DNA from: a virus
Taxonomy: Duplodnaviria > Caudoviricetes
IMG/VR virus record: IMGVR_UViG_3300036376_000009
Coordinates: 25,895 to 89,894 of that record
DNA: 64,000 bases
Direction: 5' to 3' (one strand)
Part shown: positions 1 through 8,972 of the stretch, in pieces
Layout of the letters: every line of letters starts with the position of its first letter
Position numbering within the stretch: position 1 is the first letter of the stretch
The notes under the pieces: generated by a model
What the model was told of the DNA's origin: nothing
Seen by the model: the letters and a program-made list of their open reading frames with translations, nothing else
The model's database searches: none
Position numbers and translations under genes: made by a program

Positions 1-4
1 CCGC

Positions 5-760
5 GTGCAGTCGATCCGCGAGGGGATCGACCCGTGGGCGAAGTTCACCGACCAGGTGAAGGACCTCGACGCCGCGCTCGCCGCCGGGATCCTCACGCTC
101 GAGGAGCACGGGCGGCTGGTGGTCGAGCTGCGTGCGAAGTACGACGCGCTCGCGGACAAGGCCGACGACACGTTCGCGGGCAAGATGTCCAAGGCGATCA
201 CCGGGTTCAGCGACGAGGTCAGCTCGGCGTTCGCGGACCTGGTGGTCGACGGCGAGACCAGCTTCGAGGCCCTGGCCAAGAGCTTCGAGAAGATGCTGCT
301 GAAGATGGCGCTCAACGAGCTGGCCTTCAAGCCCATCTTCGCCGGCCTGGGCAGCGCGTTCGGGAGCCTGCTGGGGGCGCCGTCTGGTGGCACCCAGATC
401 ACGGGGATTCCCGTGCCCAACACCCTCGAGCCGGTCGACGGTGTCCGCGACGCTGGCGGTCCTGTGCTGCCCGGTCGGCGATACCTGGTGGGCGAGCGGC
501 GGCCCGAGCTGTTCGTGCCGAACGAGCCGGGGTATATCTTCCCGAACCCGCAGTTGGGCGGCGGCGCCGTGATGGTCCAGGTCATCGACCAGCGGGGCGG
601 CGGCGCCCCGGTCGAGGTGTCTGAGGCGTCGGGGCCTGGCGGCCAGCGGCAGATCCAGGTGCTGGTGCGGGACGAGGTCCGCCGCCAGATCGCCCAGGGC
701 GGGCTCGACCGGGCCCTGGGGAACAACTACGGCCTGACCCGCCGCCCCGCCTCCCGATAG
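5..760 (+). CDS. Phage tail tape measure protein, C-terminal part (5' truncated)
   Basis: Typical TMP C-terminus: GGPVLPGRRYLVGERRPELFVP and VMVQVIDQRGGG...GNNYGLTR. Confidence 0.85.
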   Translation: MQSIREGIDPWAKFTDQVKDLDAALAAGILTLEEHGRLVVELRAKYDALADKADDTFAGKMSKAITGFSDEVSSAFADLVVDGETSFEALAKSFEKMLLKMALNELAFKPIFAGLGSAFGSLLGAPSGGTQITGIPVPNTLEPVDGVRDAGGPVLPGRRYLVGERRPELFVPNEPGYIFPNPQLGGGAVMVQVIDQRGGGAPVEVSEASGPGGQRQIQVLVRDEVRRQIAQGGLDRALGNNYGLTRRPASR

Positions 761-847
761 GGGTGGCCCCGGTCCAGAATCGGGGATAAGGTGTCACCGG
801 CCAGGGATGCCGCGAGGTGGGTGTAGGGGTCACCGCGGAGCGTTCCC

Positions 848-1363
848 ATGCGATCGATGCTGCTTGTGGCGTGTGTGGCGGCGGCCGTTGCCGGCGGGTG
901 TGGGCCGAAGGCCCGGGTCACGATGTTCGATCCCGCTGAGTACGAGCCCTACCTGAAGGCCGGCACGGGGTCGATTGAGGGCCAGGCGTTCATCCGGACT
1001 CAGGGCGGAGGCGTGGTCACCGCGGCTGGGCGCGGGGTGCACCTCAACCCAGCCACGGAGTACGCCCGGGAGTGGTACGAGTCGGCAGTGATCAATGGGG
1101 TGCCGCTGGAGACGGATCGTGACCAGGCGGCGGGAGCCGCGATTCGGGCCACGCGCCGTTCAACCATCGCTGACGCCTCGGGCCGCTTCCGCTTCGACGG
1201 CCTGCCCGCGGGCGAGTACTACATCACCTCCGAGATCTCCTGGGAGGTCCCGGTCGGCTACTACGGCGGCGGCGTCGCCTCGACCCGCACGGAGACCTAC
1301 GGAGCCCACGCCAAGGTCACCGTCCAGGACGGCCAGGTCACCCGCGCCATCGTCACCCGCTGA
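848..1363 (+). CDS. Lipoprotein, carboxypeptidase-regulatory-like/transthyretin-like fold (moron)
   Basis: Signal peptide with lipobox AGGC; GTGSIEGQAFIRTQGG..LNPATEY..EWYE; DASGRFRFDGLPAGEY. Confidence 0.7.
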   Translation: MRSMLLVACVAAAVAGGCGPKARVTMFDPAEYEPYLKAGTGSIEGQAFIRTQGGGVVTAAGRGVHLNPATEYAREWYESAVINGVPLETDRDQAAGAAIRATRRSTIADASGRFRFDGLPAGEYYITSEISWEVPVGYYGGGVASTRTETYGAHAKVTVQDGQVTRAIVTR

Positions 1364-1423
1364 ACATCTCAACCCAGGCCATGGACGGCCGCCATCGCCC
1401 GCGCCCACGCGGGTGGAGGCCGC

Positions 1424-1843
1424 TTGCTCAACATCGTGCTTCGGGCTCTTGGCCTGCGAGGCCGCGAGCCGCGCGTCGAGATCGGGATCGGGGATGACGC
1501 ACGACGCCGCGCGGACCCGTGGACGGTGACGACGCGGTTCCCCGTCGTCGGCGTGGTGTACACCAACAAGGACGGAGGCTGCCGGCAGAGCGCCGTGGCC
1601 GATCTCCGGGAGGGAGATCGCCTCGACCTGATGCCGGACCCGGGCAACAAGGCCGATCCCAACGCCGTGGCCGTGTTGGCAGAGGGTCAGATCATCGGCT
1701 ACGTCCCGCGTGAGCGCTGTCGGTCACTGCTGGCGCAGCTTCAGGCCGGGGAGGTGTTCTCGGTGGCCGTGGACAAGGTGTACCAGCGCAAGGACGGCAA
1801 GGTGGGCCTGACGGCGGTAGCGAGCCCTCGGGGGCGTAGGTAG
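1424..1843 (+). CDS. HIRAN domain protein
   Basis: VVGVVY...LREGDRLDLMPDPGNKADPNAVAV....IIGYVPR matches the HIRAN pattern. Confidence 0.8.
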   Translation: MLNIVLRALGLRGREPRVEIGIGDDARRRADPWTVTTRFPVVGVVYTNKDGGCRQSAVADLREGDRLDLMPDPGNKADPNAVAVLAEGQIIGYVPRERCRSLLAQLQAGEVFSVAVDKVYQRKDGKVGLTAVASPRGRR

Positions 1844-1891
1844 TGACAGAGTGCTACGGGGTGAATTCAAACTGCGAAGACAGGAGCTTTC

Positions 1892-2119
1892 ATGGCCAAG
1901 TTCCAAGATCTGCTCGACCCGATCGTGAAGGAGATGTTCGAATCGGCGTGCGCCGAGGGCGTCAGCCCCGAGGTCGCGGCCTCGCTCATCACAGCCCACG
2001 TGCTCCGCGACGTCGAATCTCAGCTCGTCCACCTGCGGGAAGTCTGCACCCGGGTGGAGACGATCGAAGCTGCCGTACTCGCCATGCAGCCCTTGGTGCA
2101 GCAGATCGCAAGCCGCTGA
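1892..2119 (+). CDS. Small hypothetical coiled-coil protein
   Basis: AGGAG RBS at 1882-1886; helical 75-aa ORF. Confidence 0.55.
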   Translation: MAKFQDLLDPIVKEMFESACAEGVSPEVAASLITAHVLRDVESQLVHLREVCTRVETIEAAVLAMQPLVQQIASR

Positions 2120-2197
2120 GGGCGTGTCGGCCCTCGCCTGACCGCCGCCCGCCGGTAGTATCCGCCTGACCCCTCCTGTGCACGGGCGGGTTGGAGC

Positions 2198-2914
2198 GTG
2201 GCGGACGCGATCTGGCCTGCGAGCCTCCCGCAGGCCCCACTGACAGCGAAGCTCTCCGGGGCCGACGAGCCCCGCGTGGTGTCGTTCTCGACCGAAACCG
2301 GGCCGCCGATCGTGCGCCGGCGCACCACCGCCCGCTGGGAGCGCTGGTCGATCGGCCTGCGGCTGACCAGGACGCAGCTCGCCACTCTCAACACGTTCTT
2401 CCGCGACACCGTCCAGGCCGGGGCCCTCCCGTTCCAGTGGAAGAACCACGAGACCGGCAACCAGGTCGATTACCGCTTCGTCGGCGAGCCGCAGAAGCGG
2501 GCCAACGCGCCGCGGAACGTCGCCGGCACCGACGTGTGGGACGTTGAGTTCGACGTCGTCACGGTCCCGGGCACGGAGGTCACCGGCAGCGAGCCGCCGC
2601 CGGACCCGCCGCCGGTCCCGCTCGTGCAGCTGGCGATGATGCCGCAGGACCCGCCCTGGCTCGAGCCGGCCGACGCCGACCTGGACGCGGGCGAGTATGT
2701 CACGCTCATCATCCGCGAGGCGGTCGCCGCGCCGCCCGACGTCGTTGTGTTCATCACGCAGATCCCGTTCGACCCGCCGACGGTCGAGGGCGAGGACGGC
2801 GGCGGGGACGCCGAGTTCGACCCGGTCTACGCGGGCGTGGGCGGGGGAAGCGGCGGGTACAAGGGTGGCACCGGCGCCGAGGGGCCGGGCGGCGGGGGCG
2901 AGGCCAGCAGCTGA
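2198..2914 (+). CDS. Distal tail (gpM-like) protein with Pro/acidic/Gly-rich C-terminal extension
   Basis: WPASLPQ..SFSTETGPPIVRRRTT...FFRDTVQAGALPFQWKNH resembles minor tail proteins that follow TMP. Confidence 0.7.
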   Translation: MADAIWPASLPQAPLTAKLSGADEPRVVSFSTETGPPIVRRRTTARWERWSIGLRLTRTQLATLNTFFRDTVQAGALPFQWKNHETGNQVDYRFVGEPQKRANAPRNVAGTDVWDVEFDVVTVPGTEVTGSEPPPDPPPVPLVQLAMMPQDPPWLEPADADLDAGEYVTLIIREAVAAPPDVVVFITQIPFDPPTVEGEDGGGDAEFDPVYAGVGGGSGGYKGGTGAEGPGGGGEASS

Positions 2915-2972
2915 GTCGTTTTACACACGCGCCCAGGACGGGCGACGGCTTTACACAAGGAGGGTTTCACGC

Positions 2973-3407
2973 ATGAGCGGGCTCAACATCAGCCACACCA
3001 CCTCGCAGGCGATCGCGACCGGAACGTCGACCAAGACGATCCTCGAGTACACGGCGCCGGCCAACACCGGAGCACGCATCCGCCGGGCGCGGATCACGTT
3101 CGACGGGACGTCGCCCACCGGCCCGAAGGTCCTGACGCTCTTCCGCAAGGGGGCGACCACCGGCACAGGCACCAACCGTGCGCCGCTCAAGGTCAGCGGC
3201 CACACCGGGAGCGTGCAGGGCACGGGCAAGGAGAACTTCACCGTCGAGCCCTCGGGCGGCTCCGTGGTGCACTCCGAGCTCGCCCACCCACAGAACGGGT
3301 GCGAGATGGCCCGCGAGGTCGTCCTCAACCCCGGCGAGACGTTCAACGTCGCGTGCAACGTCGGCACCGGCGTGAACGCCACCGTCACGCTCGACATCGA
3401 GGAATAA
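2973..3407 (+). CDS. Putative virion structural protein (homolog of 51834..52307)
   Basis: GGAGG RBS; Thr/Gly-rich beta-type sequence; ITFDGTSPTGP and HPQNG motifs shared with 51834. Confidence 0.6.
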   Translation: MSGLNISHTTSQAIATGTSTKTILEYTAPANTGARIRRARITFDGTSPTGPKVLTLFRKGATTGTGTNRAPLKVSGHTGSVQGTGKENFTVEPSGGSVVHSELAHPQNGCEMAREVVLNPGETFNVACNVGTGVNATVTLDIEE

Positions 3408-3470
3408 GCCGGGGCAATCCGTGCATGAAAACAGCGTGGGCGTGAATAGACACCCACCCGGGACGCATAC

Positions 3471-3950
3471 GTGCGATCGCTTTCCTCCACAGCTCGCCGC
3501 GCCGTCTACGCCGCGAACACCGGCGAGGTCTTCGTCTTCCTGCTCACGCTGCGGCACCCGAGCTTCGCCGCCGACATCCTCGTGTGCTCCGACTCGGCCC
3601 GCGTGGTCAGCCTGGGCCGGACCTTCGAGCCCTTCCCGTTCCAGGTCTCGCTCGCGGACGAGACCGAGGACGCGCCGGCCCGCGTCGCGCTCACCATCGG
3701 GAACGTCGACCGCCGAATCGTCGAGGAGATCCGGCGCGTCCCCTCGGGGGCGGTCGAGGTGGTGGTCGAGCTGGTCCTGGCCTCGAGCCCGCAGACGCGC
3801 GAGGCGGGCCCGCTCACGTTCACGCTGCGGGACGTGCAGTACGACGCGCTGCAGGTCGATGGGGAGCTCGCGTTCGAGGACCTGCTGAACGAACCGTGGC
3901 CGGCGCACACCATGACGCCCGGCCGCTTCCCCGGCATGTTCGCCGGGTAG
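3471..3950 (+). CDS. DUF1833-like minor tail protein (gpL-like)
   Basis: MRSLSSTARRAVYA..TGEVFVFLLTL.HP...F.PFPF...L.I.NVDR..; position between distal tail and NlpC gene. Confidence 0.8.
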   Translation: MRSLSSTARRAVYAANTGEVFVFLLTLRHPSFAADILVCSDSARVVSLGRTFEPFPFQVSLADETEDAPARVALTIGNVDRRIVEEIRRVPSGAVEVVVELVLASSPQTREAGPLTFTLRDVQYDALQVDGELAFEDLLNEPWPAHTMTPGRFPGMFAG

Positions 3951-3960
3951 GAGGCTCGCC

Positions 3961-4242
3961 GTGATCGTCACGCTCCCGCGGGCCGCTGGCCTGCTCGTCA
4001 AGGGAAGCTGGATGCCCAGGCGGCTCTCGCTCGCGCCGGGCAAGCCGCGGCGGATGGTGGTCGTCGTGAGCTGCCACCGGTGCGGGACCGAGGCCCACAT
4101 CAACCGCGAGGACCCCGAGTGCGGGCACGTCATCAACAGCCTGGGGCACGTCGCCCCCGCGCTGCAGTGCGAAGGGTGCGGCGCCGAGACGGTCGTTCGC
4201 CTCGAGGGGTACGGCCGGGGGCCGGGTGAAGAGTGCGGCTGA
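3961..4242 (+). CDS. Small Cys-rich putative zinc-ribbon protein
   Basis: CHRC and CEGC pairs; abuts both neighbours. Confidence 0.5.
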   Translation: MIVTLPRAAGLLVKGSWMPRRLSLAPGKPRRMVVVVSCHRCGTEAHINREDPECGHVINSLGHVAPALQCEGCGAETVVRLEGYGRGPGEECG

Positions 4243-7200
4243 CCGACACCCCGCCATCCTGGGCTCAGCGCTACGTCGGCGTCCCGTACGAGGAGCACGA
4301 CTGCTGGGGGCTGGTCCGCCTGATCTACGCCCGCGAGCTCGGCGTGCTGCTGCCGTCGGTGCCCAACCCGCCGGCGCCGCTCTCCCCGGTGGACGAGATC
4401 GAGCGCCGCCGCGCCCTGCTCGTCCAGCACCGCGACCACTCCGGGCTGTGGAAGCGCGTCCCCCTGGCCGACATCGAGGTCGCGGACGTGTGGGTCGGGC
4501 GGGCCGCGGGATCCCCGCACGTGGGCGTGATGGTGGCGACGGGCTGGATGCTGCACAGCCTGGCCGGGACCGGGTGCTGCCTCGAGCGCGTGGCCGCCCT
4601 GAGCTGGGCCGGCCGGAACGACGGGTACTACCGCTTCGCCGGCCCCGTCCGCGTAACGGGCTCGCCGCGGCCGTTTCCCGGCCCCCAGGACGCCCGGATC
4701 GACACCCTGCTCCCGGTCGGGCTCTCGATCGCCGAGGCCCTGGCGGCCGCGGGCGTGGCCCCCTCGCCGCTGCTGCGCGTGTTCGTGGGCGACGTCGAGG
4801 TGCCGGCCGAGTACTGGCCCCGCGTCCGGCCCCGCCCCGGCCGGGTGATCACCGTGGCGGCGGTCCCCGCGGGCGGCGGCGGCGGCAAGACCGCCCTGCG
4901 GATCGTCACCACCCTCGCGCTGGTGGCCGCCGCCGCCGCCATCAACCCCGCCCTGGCGGGGGCCCTGGGCGGCGGGACGCTCGGCACCATCGGCGCCGCG
5001 GTCGTCACCGGCGCGGGCGTGATGGCGGTCGGCCTGGGTCTGAACGCGCTGGCCCCGCCGCCCAAGCAGCGGCTGTCCGATCCGCAGGACCGCGTCAGCG
5101 CCACGGTGACCGGCACGCGCAACGAGCTGCGGGCCTACGGCGTGGTCCCCGCGGTCCTGGGCGCGCACCGCATCGCGCCCGTGTTCGCGGCCGTCCCCTT
5201 CAGCGAGACCGTCGGTGACGACCAGTACCTGCGCTGCCTGTTCATCGCCGGGTACGGGCCGCTCGAGCTCTCCGACATCCGCCTGGGGTCCACGCCGCTG
5301 TCGGAGTTCGAGGGCGTCGAGCTCGAGGTCCGCTCCGGCGCCGCCGGCGAGGACCCAATCCGGCTCTACCCGTCGACCGTCATCGAGGACGACCAGTCGG
5401 CGCTGCTGACCTACGACGCGTCGGGCGGGTGGGTGACGCGCCGGTCCGCCGCCAACGCCGACGAGCTCGCCGTCGAGGTCACCTTCCCCCAGGGCCTCGC
5501 CCGCGTGCGCCGCAACGGGGACCGCGAGAACTACACCGTCGCCGTCGAGGTCGAGTACTCGCCCGCCGGCGCCGGGGCCTGGACGCGGATCAACTCGGCC
5601 AGCCCGTCGTTCTACCGGCAGCTGGACTTCCTCAGCCGCACCCCCGAGTGCGTGTTCGGGGGAGCGACCGCCCACACCGCCCGGATCGCCTGGGGCACCG
5701 GCGCCGGGCTCACGCCCGACGCCCGCCCGGGGTACGTCCCCGGCGCCGGGTACAGCTGGGCGGTCGGCGGCTGGGTCTACGCCCCGACCGCGGGCACGTA
5801 CACGTTCGCCATCGACGGCTCCGACGCGATCGACCTGCACGTGAAGGGACGCGAGGTCGTGAGCTGGTACGGCCAGCACGCGCCCGCGGGCGCGTGGCGC
5901 ACGGGGGCGATCGACCTCGAGGCGGGGTGGCACGCCTTCCGCGTGCGCATGGAGTGCCGGCCCGGGCCCTGGCCCGACGGGGGCGCGATCGCGGTCGGCT
6001 GGCAGCGGCCCGGCGACGGGGCGATCGCGTACATCCAGCCCGCGAGCTTCCGCGACCTGGCGGGTGTTGACATGCAGCTCACCGTCAACTGGTTCGACCA
6101 CTCGCAGTACGACTCTGTCCTGTCCACGACCGAGGCGCGGGTCGGTGACCCCATCCGTCGAACGCTCGCCTGGGCGGTCCCCCGCGGCGAGTACGACGTG
6201 CGCGTTCGACGCGTCACGCCCGAGTCGGCGGACTCGAACATCATCGAGGACGTGTACTTCACCAACCTCCGCACCGTCCGCGGCGAGGACCCGGTGCGGC
6301 TCGCGGGCCTGGCGAAGATCGCGCTGCGGATCAAGGCGAGCGACCAGCTGCAGGGGGTGGTGGACGATCTCAACTGCCTGGCCCGCTCGGTCGTTCCCGA
6401 TTGGGACGCCGCGGCCGGGGCCTGGGTGAACCGCGCCACGAGCAGCCCGGCGAGCCTGTACCGGTGGGTCCTGCAGGGGCCGGCGATCGCCAAGCCCATC
6501 GCCGACGCCCGGATCGACCTGGCCGAGCTCGCGGCCTGGCACGGCGCGTGCGCGGAGAAGGGCCTCGAGTACAACGCGGTGATCGACTTCTCCGGCACCG
6601 TGCTCGAGCGGCTCGCGGAGATCGCCGCCGCCGGCCGCGCCAGCCCCGCCATGCGGGACTCGCTCTACACCGTCGCCCGCGACCGCGTGCTCTCCACGCC
6701 GGTGCAGCACCTCACCCCGCGCAACAGCGCCCGCTTCCGCGGACGCCGGGTGTTCGCGGACGTGCCGCACGCGCTGCGGGTCCGGTTCCTCAACCGCGAC
6801 GTCGACTACCAGCAGGACGAGCGGCTCGTGCTGGACGACGGCTACGTGGTCGACGGCGTCGACGCCTGGGGCAACCCCGCGCCCGGGCTCCCCGAGGCCA
6901 CGGTGTACGAGGTGCTCGAGCTGGCGGGCGTCACCGACCCGGCGCAGGCGTTCAAGCACGGCCGGTACCACCTGGCCACCATGCGTCTGCGATCTGAGAT
7001 CTTCGAGCTCAGCGTCGGGGCCGAGCACCTGGTGTGTAACAGGGGCGATCTTGTGTTGGTCACGCACGACGTCCCGCTCATCGGCCAGGTCGGCGGGCGC
7101 GTCACCCGGCTCGTCACCGACAGCGGCGGCAACCTCGCCGCGGTCCGGCTCGACGAGCGCGTGTCCATGGAGGCGGGCCGCGGGTACCAGCTGCGGGTCC

Positions 7201-8969
7201 GCCTCGAGGACGGCACCAGCTTCGTCGCCCCCGTGCTGACCGAGCCGGGCGAGACCGACGAGGTCACGCTCGCCGGACCCCGCGCGCCCGGGTCCGCCTG
7301 GCCGGCGGTTGGGGACCTGGCGATGTTCGGGGAGTCGGGCCTCGAGTCCCGCGAGCTCGTCATCAAGAGCATCCGCATGGGCCAGGACCTCTCGGCCACG
7401 CTCGAGCTGGTCGACCACGCGCCGGGCGTGCACCAGGCCGACGTCGGGGCCATCCCCGCGTACACCAGCGGCATCACCCGCCCGCCCGTGTGGCGCGACG
7501 GGCCCGAGGACCCGGTGATCGAGAGCATCCAGTCCGACGACTGGGTGATGGTGCGCGACGCCGACGGCTCGCTGCAGCCGCGGATGGTGATCACCCTGCG
7601 GCGCCCCAGCGGCCGCAGCCCCAGGCCGGTGCAGGCCCAGGTCATCACCAGGCCGGTGCCGCCCGGGGACGTCGGGCCCGCGGGCCCCTGGTACTACCAC
7701 CCGGTGCAGCCCCTGGAGAACCGGCGCGTCGCGGTCGCCAACGTCGAGGTCGGCGTCACGTACGAGATCCGTCTGCGGGTGTACGACGCCGCGGGCCGGG
7801 CCTCGCGCTGGGTCGACGCCGAGCACACCGTGGTCGGCAACGTGCTCCCGCCGCCGGACGTCGTCGCCTTCGACGTTGCGCGCATGGCCGACGGCACCCG
7901 GCGCTACAGCTGGGACCTGGGGGAGATCCCGCCCGACGTCGCGGGCGTGCGGATCAAGTACCAGCCCGCGGCCGAGACGCAGGACTGGTCGCGGATGACC
8001 GCGCTGCACACCGGCCTGCTCGACGCCGCGAGCCCCCAGGAGCTCAACGTCCCGAGCCAGGGCGAGTGGCGCTTCGGGATCGTGATGGTCGACACGGCCG
8101 GCAACGAGTCCGCCAACCCGCTGTTCATCGTGAAGACCCTCGGCCGGGCCCGGCTCCCCAACTCGGTGTACACGTTCGACGGCCGGGTCGAGCGCTGGCC
8201 CGGCACGCTCGAGGGGTGCTTCGTCAGCGAGCCCGGGCCCGTGCTCGAGGCGATCGACACCGCGACCTGGGACGGGCTCGCGGGCCAGGGGATCACGAGC
8301 TGGGACCTGTGGAGCCGCTGGAACGTCCGGCCGGTCACGCCGATCGTGTACACGACCGAGGCGATCGACCTGGGCGCGGTGTTCCCGACCAGCCCGTCGA
8401 TGGCGCTGGTCGCCAGCGGGGTGGCGACCGTCGAGTTCCGCTCGAGCAACGACGCGGAGGACTGGTCCGCGTGGCAGGCGTACGCCGCGGTCGAGGGCAC
8501 GAGCGTCGAGGCCCGGTACCACCAGTGGCGGATCACCGTGGCGCACCAGCCGCCGGGCTTCCCGGTGCCGACCATCCGGGAGTTCGTGGCCGACGCGCTG
8601 GCGACGGCGATCGAGCAGGTGTTCACCGACCTGGATACGTTCTACCTCGGGCCCCCGTACCGCCTGGGCGTGGGCGACTTCCGGGTGCCGATCCAGGCCG
8701 ACCGGTTCATCGCCATCCAGAGCGTGAACCTGACCTTCCGCGGCCAGGGCGCCGGCTACACGTACTCGCTCGAGGACGTCGACGCGGTGGTCGGGCCGCG
8801 GGTGGTGGTGTACGACTCCGACGACCAGCCGGCGGACGTCACGGTCGACGTCGTCGTCAGGGGCTTCGCGGGCGCCGCGGGCGGGTCGCGCGTGGCGGCC
8901 GGCGGCGAGGGTCAGTGGTACTTCAGGCTGCCCGCCAACAGCGGGCACCTGCTCACGGCGGGGTTCTAG
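4233..8969 (+). CDS. Tail tip protein: NlpC/P60 + gpI-like + gpJ-like host-specificity fusion with PA14-like insert and FnIII-like region
   Basis: N-terminal YVGVPY..HDCWGLV...PHVGV....MLHS (NlpC); ubiquitin-like segment with TM stretch; YGVVP.VLG.HR; gpJ-like LNCLA/PVQHLTPRNS; WVYAPTAGTYTFAIDGSD (PA14-like). Confidence 0.85.
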   Translation: MRLTDTPPSWAQRYVGVPYEEHDCWGLVRLIYARELGVLLPSVPNPPAPLSPVDEIERRRALLVQHRDHSGLWKRVPLADIEVADVWVGRAAGSPHVGVMVATGWMLHSLAGTGCCLERVAALSWAGRNDGYYRFAGPVRVTGSPRPFPGPQDARIDTLLPVGLSIAEALAAAGVAPSPLLRVFVGDVEVPAEYWPRVRPRPGRVITVAAVPAGGGGGKTALRIVTTLALVAAAAAINPALAGALGGGTLGTIGAAVVTGAGVMAVGLGLNALAPPPKQRLSDPQDRVSATVTGTRNELRAYGVVPAVLGAHRIAPVFAAVPFSETVGDDQYLRCLFIAGYGPLELSDIRLGSTPLSEFEGVELEVRSGAAGEDPIRLYPSTVIEDDQSALLTYDASGGWVTRRSAANADELAVEVTFPQGLARVRRNGDRENYTVAVEVEYSPAGAGAWTRINSASPSFYRQLDFLSRTPECVFGGATAHTARIAWGTGAGLTPDARPGYVPGAGYSWAVGGWVYAPTAGTYTFAIDGSDAIDLHVKGREVVSWYGQHAPAGAWRTGAIDLEAGWHAFRVRMECRPGPWPDGGAIAVGWQRPGDGAIAYIQPASFRDLAGVDMQLTVNWFDHSQYDSVLSTTEARVGDPIRRTLAWAVPRGEYDVRVRRVTPESADSNIIEDVYFTNLRTVRGEDPVRLAGLAKIALRIKASDQLQGVVDDLNCLARSVVPDWDAAAGAWVNRATSSPASLYRWVLQGPAIAKPIADARIDLAELAAWHGACAEKGLEYNAVIDFSGTVLERLAEIAAAGRASPAMRDSLYTVARDRVLSTPVQHLTPRNSARFRGRRVFADVPHALRVRFLNRDVDYQQDERLVLDDGYVVDGVDAWGNPAPGLPEATVYEVLELAGVTDPAQAFKHGRYHLATMRLRSEIFELSVGAEHLVCNRGDLVLVTHDVPLIGQVGGRVTRLVTDSGGNLAAVRLDERVSMEAGRGYQLRVRLEDGTSFVAPVLTEPGETDEVTLAGPRAPGSAWPAVGDLAMFGESGLESRELVIKSIRMGQDLSATLELVDHAPGVHQADVGAIPAYTSGITRPPVWRDGPEDPVIESIQSDDWVMVRDADGSLQPRMVITLRRPSGRSPRPVQAQVITRPVPPGDVGPAGPWYYHPVQPLENRRVAVANVEVGVTYEIRLRVYDAAGRASRWVDAEHTVVGNVLPPPDVVAFDVARMADGTRRYSWDLGEIPPDVAGVRIKYQPAAETQDWSRMTALHTGLLDAASPQELNVPSQGEWRFGIVMVDTAGNESANPLFIVKTLGRARLPNSVYTFDGRVERWPGTLEGCFVSEPGPVLEAIDTATWDGLAGQGITSWDLWSRWNVRPVTPIVYTTEAIDLGAVFPTSPSMALVASGVATVEFRSSNDAEDWSAWQAYAAVEGTSVEARYHQWRITVAHQPPGFPVPTIREFVADALATAIEQVFTDLDTFYLGPPYRLGVGDFRVPIQADRFIAIQSVNLTFRGQGAGYTYSLEDVDAVVGPRVVVYDSDDQPADVTVDVVVRGFAGAAGGSRVAAGGEGQWYFRLPANSGHLLTAGF

Positions 8970-8972
8970 CCG

